From: Paraspadella gotoi
Lineage: Eukaryota > Animalia > Chaetognatha
Direction: 5' to 3'
NCBI GenBank assembly: GCA_051294375.1
Contig: CM119268.1
Coordinates: 4,726,666-4,790,665, forward strand
Length of the DNA stretch: 64,000 nt
Numbering within the stretch: position 1 is the first letter of the stretch; each line of letters begins with the position of its first letter. The notes beneath the pieces were generated by a model. It saw nothing but the letters and a program-made list of their open reading frames with translations. It ran no database searches and had not been told where the DNA came from. This document shows, in pieces, positions 27,600 to 37,753 of this stretch. The translations under genes were made by a program, and so were the position numbers.

Positions 27600-28350
27600 G
27601 CGCTATATTTTTCAGTCGTTTTAGTTTTACGTTTTTGGGTGAAGATGACCTGGGTGGAAGCCATCACCCTGGCGTTGGCGTCATGCCGTGGTTCAAACGC
27701 CAGGTGTGTATGGAACATACACAGGGATTCAGATCCTGGGGACGATATCAAGATGCGCTCTGTAAAAGTTAGTTACATTTAAAAATTTTTTTTTCAAAAT
27801 TTGATTTCCTGCGAATCTCACAGGCGTGTGTTTTTATTTATATTAGTATTTAGAATTTTAATTAGGATGTTTTTATTTTAGGCACTAGCACATTTAGAAT
27901 TGCTTACGAAATCGGGTTGGACAGCTGGACACCGCTGTTTGGTCTAAGTCAACCGGCATTGCAGTATGGGGACATGTCAACCGGATCAAAGATGGATCTT
28001 CTTGATCACCATCGCATCACTGTCGATTGCACTCGCTCTACTGGCGATCAGATGGGTCGTTCACAACTTTCAACATTGTGTTAAGTAAATAATTGATTGA
28101 AATGAATGAATACAATATCACAAAGTATATAAATATACGAGCAATTGACTAATACTGAGTTTGTTTAGTATAAACGAATGATATAAGATTGATTAATGTT
28201 TATTATCAATTTTTCAGTTGCGACTGTAAGCTCATCTTTCTGCTTACGTACAATCTGTTGCTGTTGTGGGACGGAGGCGTCTTCCTCCGTTAGTCAATCT
28301 CAAGCCATCACTCATCCGAAGGCACGAAATCGGGATTCAGTCATCAAAAT
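27600..28350 (+). pseudogene. Spliced accessory gene remnant homologous to the antisense gene of the 51778-56660 LTR element
   Basis: KMTWVEAITLALASCRG matches KMGWVDALTLAASRGRG; LLTKSGWTAGHRC matches LLAKLGWKYGKSC; an intron lies at a similar position. Confidence 0.55.
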
Positions 28351-28479
28351 TCCTTGAAAAAAACGATGTTAAACAAAAGGCAATCAAGTATGATTATTAC
28401 TGAAAAGATTTTATTGTAAAATTAGAAAACTATTCTAAAAAAATATAGAATTTTACTGTATAGCTCTAGGAACACGTTC

Positions 28480-29226
28480 GCTACATATGTCCATACTGCC
28501 CCAGTATGAAACTATACATGAAATTCTCGCTGGAGCACCACCTGACGAAAAGAGAATGTACTTACTACAGTATTTTTCAAAATCTTTCACGCCTAGCGAC
28601 ACCTTATTGCCAATTTATCTGAAAGAATAGATCCTCGATATTCTCGGCGTTAAGATCAGGCAAAGTAATTATACGAGCAAACAGGCTTATTCGGAGCGAC
28701 TGAACCAGATTTGTTTGATTCGTATCTTGAAAATGCTTGATAACGAGCCGTCTTTAAAGAATTGGACGAAAGTTTTGAAGAAGGTCGAATTTCAAATTAA
28801 CATGACTCCTTCAAACTCCCTGGGCGGGCGGAGTCCCTTTCAGGTTACTCGGCGTCACCCGATGAAAAGTTTGACGCCCGTTTTGGATATTTTTGGCGGA
28901 AAATGCATGGTGACATACATTCCGCGGCGTATGCGAATTTGGTTTCTTACAAGAATTATGTGAATCCTACTGATAAAAAGGAAGCTTTGTGTAAAGGCGA
29001 AATTGTTTTTCGAAAAAAAATGTCGTTTGCTACGAATATTAACAAGAAACTACAAGCTAAAGTTGTATCTGCGTTTCTTGTCCTTGATAGGGTTGGCACC
29101 GGTATTTATAAAGTTAAGAATATTTTAAATGATGATGCACTGTTATTGCCGGTGTGCCAGCTAATTAGATCACATTTGGGCCTAGAACAGGCGAGAGAGG
29201 TGATTAGAAAAATAAACAAGTTCTGA
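28480..29226 (+). pseudogene. Ty3/Gypsy pol remnants (RNase H fragment and integrase C-terminus)
   Basis: QYFSKSF...PIYLKE is RNase H-like. ERLN...NWTKVLKKVEFQINMTPSNSLGGRSPFQV is typical of the integrase core C-terminal part. Confidence 0.75.
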
Positions 29227-29255
29227 CTGATTTACCTTTTGTTTCTTTTCACCAG

Positions 29256-29883
29256 TTTTCTACCGCGTGAATGGGAAGCTCGTCTCGACGTGCTTAGGGA
29301 TGACTGGGGGCCTGTGGGTGATCGGGGACTCACACGTGTGACATCTTCATGGTCTCTTCCTGGACGTGTCCAGTACGTCCGTCTCAGGCGGTTTGTTCTC
29401 CCACATTTTGGACAGCTTCCGTAGATGCGTGCGGGAGTATGCCGCCGTCGTCATCTTGAGCGGCGGGAACGACCTAGCAAAAATTCAGACATGGACAAGT
29501 TCATTTCCGAGTTGAATGAGACAGTCACCTTGGCCGGGTTACTGTTTCCTAAGGCCTGGACAGTAACTATGTCTTTGATACCTCGGCATAAAGGGGATTT
29601 CATATCGTCGGCTTTCAAAGTCGACAAGGCTATTCAACCCGGTATTCCTCATCACCTGCATGTGAGGCACGAGTGTTTCACTCTGCCTAGAGCATACGGA
29701 TACAGCTTGGCTGCCAAGTTGTATGAACGGGACGCCGTCCATCTGAGTGTGGCCAGTAATGATTTGTTGAGCACGATTCTGGGATTGGTTTTCGAGGCAT
29801 TGGAGACGTCCAATTTCTTGACGAGGTCTCTGGATGTGTTAGGTGATGTCAAGAAAATTTCGTTCTTTAAATCTCTACCTTAA
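29256..29883 (+). pseudogene. SGNH/GDSL hydrolase-like ORF downstream of integrase
   Basis: LWVIGDSHV (block I) near 29312 and YERDAVHLS (DxxH, block V); frameshifted. Confidence 0.65.
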
Positions 29884-30032
29884 TAATACTAATCAGTGTC
29901 TTTTGTTCGGATCGTTTTCTTCAAGGGATTTCAACGGCTGACTCCCGCTGTCGTATTTTGGGAGCAGTGACCGTTTGGACCGAAGAGACGACCGTGTTTT
30001 GATTGTTATTATTTTAATTTTCATTTACAAGC

Positions 30033-30200
30033 AGTAGTAATAGTCAGGGGTGTGATCCAATATACGTGAGTACTACGTTTGTTGACCTTTTAGAAACCTT
30101 TAGTGGTCTTGTGATGAGGAGGTGTAGAGGAGGAGGAGGAGGAGGAGGAGGTTACGTATGTAGTTTGCGGGCCAATGAGTGAGGGCATCGAGGGAAGGAA
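30033..30200 (+). repeat. Left TIR of the Maverick
   Basis: Reverse complement of 44565-44726 with small indels. Confidence 0.9.
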
Positions 30201-30431
30201 CGGCGAGGGAAGTGTGGGAAGAGAGCCAATGGGAGGAAGGGAGAGGAAGGTGAGAAAATTGTGTGGTAGTATTTGGTTATTATGTAATGTGGTCCGAGTT
30301 AAAGGCTTGACCTCAACGCCAAAAAATATCCGGATTTTCTCGGTTCTCGGTTCCAAGATTTTTTCGCGCTCGAAATTTATGGTGTGGTAGGATGTATGGG
30401 TGTTGTTGTTGTTGTTGTTGTTGTTGGGCGA

Positions 30432-30486
<55 letters not shown>

Positions 30487-30959
30487 CGCTGACGAAATTT
30501 GTATGCTAATTTATATATGTTTGTTTTTTTTTTTTTTCCTCTCTTTTTTCTCATTGATTTTATAGATATTATTACTACGATATTTAATGTTTTTATTTCT
30601 TTCTCTCTCTTTTTCTTTGTTTGTTATATTTACTTAAGTATTTTTTTTTTTTTTGGGTGGGGAAATTTTACAAGCCCTATAAGTTTTTTGGTGGGAAAAA
30701 TCTTGTTGATGGGGAAAATTATTTTTTTGGGGGGCTGGAAAAATCTTTGACCAATCAGATTGCTGCATTTCGTTGAGGAGGAAGAAGAAGAAAGAAGGAG
30801 GAAGAGCAAAAAAAAAACTATTTAAATCGAGGTGCGTTGCGGAAATAATGCCATTTCCTCGTTTCGTTTCGTTGCGATTAAACCGCTCTCATTTCCTCAG
30901 TTTTTTTAAAATTTATTTATTTCTTGTTATTTGGTTCTTATTATTATTTTAATTTAGAA

Positions 30960-31773
30960 ATGTCTAAAGATAGCGACAAAGAATTCAAGGAGTCATACTT
31001 AAAGCACCCTAAGTTTAAGTGTGGCTCGTTCTGTTGCCTCTTTGGCGCAAGCCACTGTGGGAAATCGACGTTCATTAAAAGTGAGTTTTTTTTTGTTTTT
31101 TTTTATTCCGCTTAACTTGAAAATTATTTGGCGAAAATGAAACTAAAAAAAAAGACATTTTTTTTTAGATTTGCTGCTAGAAAAAGACCTCCAATTTGAA
31201 GGCCCAGTGACAAATCTTATATATATCCACAGTAGGGAGGACGACAACATAAAAAAACTGAAAGAGGAGTTTCCTCGAGCAGTTTTTCGCACCGAGTTTC
31301 CTGCTGACTTACTCTCGCTCGTCGTTCCCGAGAAGACGATTTTGGTCATCGACGATCAGCTGGAAAAGCTCCAAAGAGACCGAACTCTCCAAGGTGTCGT
31401 CCAAAACCTCGCCTCGATTGATTGCCACCACTCAAAAATTGCAGCGGTATTTTTGACTTTACAAACGCACGGCCCTTTGTATAAGTCTCATCCTCTAAAC
31501 TCTGTCGTCACGCAAGCATCTCATTTAATATTCTTCAGATCTTTAAATCATCTCTCCAACCTGAAACATTTTATGAAGCAATTCTCGCTAAACTTGAAAC
31601 AAAACCAATCATTGTATGACATATACGCCAACCATATTCAGAAAGAACCCTTCTCGTATATTGTGGTCTGTCTGTCTCCCTGGCTCCGTAAGCCAGAAGT
31701 CTACAGTCATATTTTATTTTGTGATACGGATAACAACTTAAAAAGTTATCACCAACAAGATGATTCAGATTGA
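30960..31773 (+). CDS. FtsK/HerA-type (A32-like) packaging ATPase; exons 30960-31080 and 31169-31773
   Basis: Walker A GASHCGKST and Walker B ILVIDD. Removing the 88-nt GT-AG intron 31081-31168 restores the frame GKSTFIKNLLLEK. Confidence 0.88.
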
Positions 31774-31784
31774 AATAGCCCAAA

Positions 31785-32120
31785 ATGAAATATTGCAATA
31801 AAGCTAAGATTTTGAAAGCATTGCACAGGGAATTTAGGAAGGGAGCCATTTTCGCTGATTCCGTGTCCGATAAAGTCGTCAGATTTTTGTTTGAAATTTT
31901 GAAAAATACCCACAACAAAAGTTTAGGTCATTGCTTCAGTAATAAAACGAAACGCAAAATAAAATCATTTAAGAAGTTAGTTAAATATATAATTGGAAAA
32001 GCTAGGTTTGCGAAAAAGAAAAAAAAATTTTTAAATAGTCCTCCCAAATTTAAGGAAATTATATACAAATTAGTGTTGAATGATTTTTTCAAAAATTGTA
32101 CTACAATGTCAGATAGTTGA
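31785..32120 (+). CDS. Small basic Maverick accessory protein
   Basis: ILKAL...LFEILKN...KKLVKYI pattern and position after the ATPase resemble a conserved Maverick small ORF. Confidence 0.55.
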   Translation: MKYCNKAKILKALHREFRKGAIFADSVSDKVVRFLFEILKNTHNKSLGHCFSNKTKRKIKSFKKLVKYIIGKARFAKKKKKFLNSPPKFKEIIYKLVLNDFFKNCTTMSDS

Positions 32121-32126
32121 AGTAGT

Positions 32127-32918
32127 ATGGCCACCTACGATTACCATATTAAACCTACCAAACTTCGTAACATTTTACTGGCGGATGAATCGTGCGAGGA
32201 AAAATTGGATAAACTTAAAGCCTTAATAAACCTACCAATCGAAGAGAAAGAAAGCGAAGAGGGAGCGGCAGATACAGCGGTTGTCGAGAAGCAACTTGAT
32301 TCACAAGAGGCATCGAAGCAAAAAATACTTAGCGAGTATGGTCCACAAGAATCTGCGTTAGTGAACAGGCTGTTGAATGACATTCAAAAAAGTAATTATT
32401 TGACTTGGGATCCAAAGAGCCTAGAGATAATAATTCAAAATAAAAAGTTGCCGTTTACCGACTTGGGTCTTTTAATAAAAAAGCTTATTCAGTCTCGGAG
32501 TCCAATTTTACCCCTTGGACTAATATCATTTTTGCATTCTTTAATTGTCATCAAAGCAGACCTAAAGTTTTTTCGTGATTCTGATAGCAGGAATATAAGA
32601 GACCAGCTAGCGACAATTGAATCAGACTCTTGGAACAGGGGGAAACCGTCAAATTCGATTGAGGAGGTTGAACCAAAAGAGGTGGTTGCATCATCTACTG
32701 AAGGCGAGAATAGCGAATTGCAAGGTAGCGAGCAACTCCCTGAGCTAGAAAGCAGTGACTCGTTACAACATCCGAATGAGGTGAGAGGGGTGGTGGAAGA
32801 AAATAAAGAAATTCTGCCATTGAGGTCAGGTCGGAAGCGGGTTCGTCTTACTCTGGATCCAGAGATTTTGGATCAATGGGAGAATATATCTCCAATCAGG
32901 AAGAAGCGGAGGCGATAG
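32127..32918 (+). CDS. Conserved Maverick accessory protein
   Basis: LTWDPKSLEIII..TDLGLLI..PLGLISFLHSL resembles the conserved ORF that precedes integrase in Mavericks. Confidence 0.55.
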   Translation: MATYDYHIKPTKLRNILLADESCEEKLDKLKALINLPIEEKESEEGAADTAVVEKQLDSQEASKQKILSEYGPQESALVNRLLNDIQKSNYLTWDPKSLEIIIQNKKLPFTDLGLLIKKLIQSRSPILPLGLISFLHSLIVIKADLKFFRDSDSRNIRDQLATIESDSWNRGKPSNSIEEVEPKEVVASSTEGENSELQGSEQLPELESSDSLQHPNEVRGVVEENKEILPLRSGRKRVRLTLDPEILDQWENISPIRKKRRR

Positions 32919-34075
32919 TAGCGAAAGCGACGCTAGATCGTTCTTCACCTCTTTATTTGTCTAAAAATGTTTCCCAGATTTATAATTATTTAGTTAGGGT
33001 TGGACAGAGAGTGAATAAAAATGACATAAAAACAGCACTGCAAAAACAAAAGAGCTCTTCTATTTTCACTAGTAATGTTCGGGATAAAATAATAAGGGAT
33101 ACTTCAAAACAGTTTAACACTCGACCCAAATTTTTTAGTAGACTGCACGCAGATTTAATCGTTTTAAGCAAAAGTCGTCAATATTTTAGTAGGAATAAAT
33201 TTATATTAGTAGTAGCCTGTGAGTTGTCTCGTGTAGTTTTTTTAGAGTCTGTGGCATCCACAAAATTTAATGACCAAAAAAAAGGATGGGACAGGATTTT
33301 CTCGAGGCGAGAGTTGTCGAAACGCAATGTCAGTGAATTATTGACGGATTCAGGAGTCGAGTTTTCGGCGTTGTCATTTAAAGAATATATGAATTTAAAG
33401 AATATAAAGGTTACTAATTTAAAGCTCAGAGAGTGGAGATTTAGTAGAGGATCGGCGGTTGCCGAGAGACACAATCGCAGAGTTCGACAGTCTCTCGAAA
33501 AATTTTTGTCAGAATCGAAAGAGAAAATTAGACTAGAAAAGGTTTTGACGATCAATGAAAAACAATTGAACGACGAGCCGCTACCTATACTAGGCAATAT
33601 TACTCCATTACAATCACTCGAGTTAAATCCCCAAGACATATTAATGGTTTTGATGAGTAACAAACTTAAAAATAGACCACAATACGTCAGAGAATTGTTA
33701 AGCGGCGACACGAAAGCTCTGAAAAAATATAGTATAGTGAAAATATATAAAAATAGAAAAAAAAGAACTTTTGACAAAGAATCGTATGGAGTCACTGCAG
33801 ATGAAAACTATGTTATATTAGATGTGCTCGTTCATCAGGACACGCCAAGTTACATATTGGGGCGTTTATTTACATTTGAAAAACTGTCTGGCCAAAGTTT
33901 TAAAAGGGCCGAGCTGCTACCTCAAAACTTAACTTTTGTAGAAGCTTGTCGACTCGCCGAAGTTGCTATCGAAAAAATTGTATCGAAAGTGAATTTTGGT
34001 CACCACGTTTTGTACAAAGTTAAAAATTATAATTTGACTTTTATTGCTAAAAATTCTATTGTTACCTTAATTTAA
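32876..34075 (+). CDS. Retroviral-like (rve) DDE integrase
   Basis: LHADLI, LTDSGVEF and VAERHNR provide an intact D-D-E triad in an uninterrupted 399-aa ORF. Confidence 0.9.
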   Translation: MGEYISNQEEAEAIVAKATLDRSSPLYLSKNVSQIYNYLVRVGQRVNKNDIKTALQKQKSSSIFTSNVRDKIIRDTSKQFNTRPKFFSRLHADLIVLSKSRQYFSRNKFILVVACELSRVVFLESVASTKFNDQKKGWDRIFSRRELSKRNVSELLTDSGVEFSALSFKEYMNLKNIKVTNLKLREWRFSRGSAVAERHNRRVRQSLEKFLSESKEKIRLEKVLTINEKQLNDEPLPILGNITPLQSLELNPQDILMVLMSNKLKNRPQYVRELLSGDTKALKKYSIVKIYKNRKKRTFDKESYGVTADENYVILDVLVHQDTPSYILGRLFTFEKLSGQSFKRAELLPQNLTFVEACRLAEVAIEKIVSKVNFGHHVLYKVKNYNLTFIAKNSIVTLI

Positions 34076-34094
34076 TTTTATTTGTAGAGTCACA

Positions 34095-34367
34095 ATGGCT
34101 CAAATTTTATTTCAATATTCAGACTACAACAATGCAACTGAAACGTACAGTTTTAAACATTCGGATCTAACAGATTACGCGTTTCAATTGACGCGAGACG
34201 CATTGTTTATTTTGGCGTTGGTGGTTTTCGTTGTGCGATTGGCATTTACGAGATTTTTTCGGGCCTTTAACTCTGCTATTGAGACAGAGGAACCTGCGAC
34301 GGGACACTACGGGACAACAGAATTGGCGTCGGGAACGTTTGGCGACAGGACCATCTCTGTAGTATAA
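34095..34367 (+). CDS. Small single-pass membrane protein
   Basis: Hydrophobic ALFILALVVFVVRLAF; N-glycosylation sequon NAT; TTTGTAG acceptor upstream of the ATG. Confidence 0.55.
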   Translation: MAQILFQYSDYNNATETYSFKHSDLTDYAFQLTRDALFILALVVFVVRLAFTRFFRAFNSAIETEEPATGHYGTTELASGTFGDRTISVV

Positions 34368-34395
34368 CCTATTAGGAAATTAAAACATCTGTGAA

Positions 34396-35230
34396 ATGAC
34401 TCGTGTGTTTTGCCGAGGTGCACGTGTCCTCGGACGCGCCGCAGTGCACAATCTTTAATAAAACTAATTTTCTTTATACCGTTTCTGGTGGAATAAGCCA
34501 ATTCGATTTTTCATCACAAGACGGAAAAATTTATGTTTCTATAGATGACATCAATATTCCAAAAGTGAATAAGTCTATACGTTTCAAGTTATTGTACACT
34601 ACCCAGGAAATACCTGAGGAAGACGTCCGTTACAGTTTGCAGGATTTTGAGGTGCGGTATAGCTCATTTGAGGAACTCGCGGATGAAGTCGTCATTTGTG
34701 CCAGTCAAATGGGGGATCCCGCGACAGTAGAAAGCGATGATAACTTAAAAATCGTTTATAAACATAATAAGTTTTATTTGGAAAGGGCTGTGCCTTATAA
34801 CTTGCACATGAGTCCAAATTTAGCCACTTTAATGGGTTTTACCAAAGAATACGAACTGAGCCTGGATAAGCGAGCTATAGCGTTTCCATATACGAGACAC
34901 GTGTCAAGGGAACGTGTATATTTTATTGAAAATGAAAATAAGAGTTTGTTTGTTTACTTTGACGAATATCTAACCCCTGCTTCTAATTTTTGTTTGATCA
35001 AAGGAAAGGTAACTAATAGTTTAATACATATTGATATGCAGTCTGGTCATGCAAACGTAAAAAACACTGTTTATCAGATGAAACGAGAGGCATTGTCAAA
35101 TGAAATTTTAAGGTCGTCATTTTCGATTAGTTTTAAACTTATGAATGAAATTTATCAACCTTATATCGAAAACTTTGATTACAAAGATAAACCACTTTCT
35201 TTTGTGTTGAAATTGTATAAAAATGCCTAG
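34396..35230 (+). CDS. Putative minor capsid protein (penton-like)
   Basis: Size about 275 aa, position after integrase, and N-terminal VSSD..FNKTNF..VSIDDINIP pattern. The ATG at 34396 needs a 1-nt indel to join ORF 34403-35230. Confidence 0.55.
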
Positions 35231-35247
35231 ATTTAAATCAATTTTAG

Positions 35248-35487
35248 ATGGATACATTTTTAACTGACGACATTATAGAATATTACGAGAACTGCCTACC
35301 TCTATTTGAGACCGTTGTGTGTCATTGTTGTTGCCACCGTCACCGCCGTCAACCGCAAGTGGTGGATTCTTTTCTCAAACCAGGTCGCCTTATCCAAGGA
35401 AGCGGAGAAAAAAGGCCAACTCCTCTTGTCGACCCCGAAGAAGGCGGAGTCTCTAAAAAAAGAAAACAAGAGTATATCATAATTTAA
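35248..35487 (+). CDS. Small Cys/His-cluster protein with NLS-like C-terminus
   Basis: CHCCCHRH and KKRKQ; TTTTAG directly before the ATG. Confidence 0.45.
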   Translation: MDTFLTDDIIEYYENCLPLFETVVCHCCCHRHRRQPQVVDSFLKPGRLIQGSGEKRPTPLVDPEEGGVSKKRKQEYIII

Positions 35488-35504
35488 CATTTAAAATACT
35501 ACAG

Positions 35505-35918
35505 ATGGCTGTATCGTTTGGGGCAGGATTCCTGGAATACATGGGAAATCAATTTTGCCCCTCAACAGAGGAGAATCTTGGTATTTATAATCTCCCCAAA
35601 GGTAGAATTAATCGCACTGAAAGGAGTATCGAAAGCTCGATGGACGACTTTAATACTTCAAAATCGGTTAACAACAAAAAATTGAAAAGAAAAAAAAATA
35701 TGGTGAAAAACGACGACGGCAGAAATGAAAAGAAAAAAAGAACTAACAAAACCAAAAAAAAACCAAATAATAAAAAACAAATCAAAGAAAAACTAAAATT
35801 AACATCAAAAAAACAAACAGAGGCGAAAGATAAAAACGCAGCAAAAAACAAAACGATTAAGAAAGCCAAGAAAAAAAGAGAAAATAACCTGAGTTCATCC
35901 GAAGACAGTGAAAGCTAA
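35505..35918 (+). CDS. Lys-rich basic protein
   Basis: 137-aa ORF with CTACAG directly before the ATG. Confidence 0.45.
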   Translation: MAVSFGAGFLEYMGNQFCPSTEENLGIYNLPKGRINRTERSIESSMDDFNTSKSVNNKKLKRKKNMVKNDDGRNEKKKRTNKTKKKPNNKKQIKEKLKLTSKKQTEAKDKNAAKNKTIKKAKKKRENNLSSSEDSES

Positions 35919-36189
35919 GGAGTGGACTTAGATTCTTCGTCGGGTACCGAAGAGAGCGATGAACTGGAGTCGTCATCTTCATTTTCATTATCTGAGGCTG
36001 ACGATGATGTAACGAAGGAGGATAAAAAGGAGAAAGCGAAAAAAAAAACCGTGACGGAGTTTTTGTAAGGGTGGATTGCAGATGAGTCAACGTGACATTA
36101 AATTTGCACTTAGATGGTAGAAACCATTTTTTTTCGCTCTTCCAGTCCGCTTTATTGTTATTAAAATGTCTACCAATGAATAGATTTGA

Positions 36190-36610
36190 GCGATTTCTGA
36201 GAAAGATTTTCTTTTTCTTTGTTTATATTAATTTTGCTCTCCGAGGATGCTTTATCATTGATGAGAAAAACTGACGAACGAAAAGCTTTAAATTTTTTCG
36301 GAAAAACAGAATTTTTTTTATGGCACATTTTAATTCTGCTCGCCTAGGACGCTTTCTCATTGGGGAGAAAAACTGACGAACGAAAAGATTTAAATTTTTT
36401 CGGAAAAACTGAACTTTTTTTTTTGTGGCATATTTTAATTTCGCTCGCTCAGGACGCTTTCTCATTGGTGAACAAAACTGACAAACGAAAGGCCTTAAAA
36501 GTTTTCGGAAAAAGATGATTTCTTTTTTTTGTTTTTTTCTGTTCGTCGCACATTTTATTTTCGCTCTCTGAGGGGGCTTTCTCATTGGTTAAAAAAGCTG
36601 ACGAACGAGA
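36190..36610. repeat. Four tandem units of about 104-120 bp inside the Maverick
   Basis: Repeated GCTC...AGGACGCTTTCTCATTGG...AACTGACGAACGAAA...TTTCGGAAAAA. Confidence 0.85.
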
Positions 36611-36896
36611 ATGTTTATAATCTTTTTAACTAAAGTGACTAGTCTATCAAGGAATCCTATTTCGCTTTCTCGTGGTATGATCCTATTAGTTAATACTTTT
36701 TGACGAATCCGGGGTTGTAAAAATTTGGTAACTCAACTAATCGATTTCTATTTAAGTCGCTTGTCTTGAAATCATTGACAAAATTCTAATCAATTGTTTT
36801 CGGCTTATAAGCTCGTTATTTTCAAATTAAACGATAAAAACCAAAAAAACTTTTTTTCACAGCAAAAAAAAAATTGAATCGAAGAAAAGAAAAAAA

Positions 36897-37496
36897 ATGG
36901 ATAATTACGAAAATGAACACAACGGCGAACCGCTTGCACGGGAACTACCTGGCGCTCACCGCGGTGGCTCACCGTGTACTTCCGCCCATGGTGACGGGGA
37001 GCCTGTTAAACGGTTTCTCGACTTTGATGCGGAAGACTTTGACGTGGACGTCGAGCATTGTAGCGACACGATGTCGGCTATCGCGTCCCCGAAGTCGCTG
37101 GCGGATTGCTCAATGACGTCCAACCCTTCAATCTCGTTGGAGGGCAAAGTGGATCAACTTCGGGCGTCGTTTTCGAAGTTGAGCGAGAGAGTCTCCGTCT
37201 TGGAGAACAGCAAGACGTCGGCGAAACGAAGCGAACCGGGGCAGAATATTGTCATTCCACGCCGCCGATATATTTCAACAGTGAAAGTCCTTTCGGCCAT
37301 CAGATCGGCTATTGACTTGGGAACCAAAGGCGTCGGTGTGTCAAGGAAATTCATCCAAGAGTTCACTGCATCCGAAACCGGAATGGACATTAATAATTTA
37401 TACTCAAAGAAAAAAATTAACTCACTTTTGTTGAGTTTGACAATCGAGGGAGCTTTGTTCTTGGACCCGGTAACGGGATTGTATATTAAAAAGTAA
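36897..37496 (+). CDS. Acidic/coiled-coil protein with a C-terminal linker histone H1/H5-like winged-helix domain
   Basis: VLSAIRSAI..GVSRKFIQEF..KKKINSLLLSLTIEGAL resembles the H15 consensus (MI..AI..GsSr.aI.kyi..lk.aL..lv..G.l). Confidence 0.5.
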   Translation: MDNYENEHNGEPLARELPGAHRGGSPCTSAHGDGEPVKRFLDFDAEDFDVDVEHCSDTMSAIASPKSLADCSMTSNPSISLEGKVDQLRASFSKLSERVSVLENSKTSAKRSEPGQNIVIPRRRYISTVKVLSAIRSAIDLGTKGVGVSRKFIQEFTASETGMDINNLYSKKKINSLLLSLTIEGALFLDPVTGLYIKK

Positions 37497-37753
37497 CCTT
37501 TTTTTCGTTGACAAATAATCTTTAATAATCATCTTGGCATAAAATCTATTTTATTGTTTTCTTTACTTTTTTTTTTTAAATTTTATAGTTGGTTTAAAAT
37601 TATAATTTTCTTTTTATTTTTTGTTTGAACTTTTTAATTGATACATAGATTACATCATTGCTTACCGTTGTATATATTATTCGCCAATTTATTGAAACAG
37701 AAATGTTATGTTTTTAGATTTTAATTAATTTCAACTTATTTTTTTATACAGAA

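Noticed and set aside
33178-33795. 205-aa antisense ORF, and other shadow ORFs within Maverick and gag genes
   Set aside because: Antisense shadows of real coding sequence with no independent motifs.
36190-36610. Possible CRISPR-like array
   Set aside because: Whole units are homologous with no unique spacers, there are no cas genes, and the context is eukaryotic.
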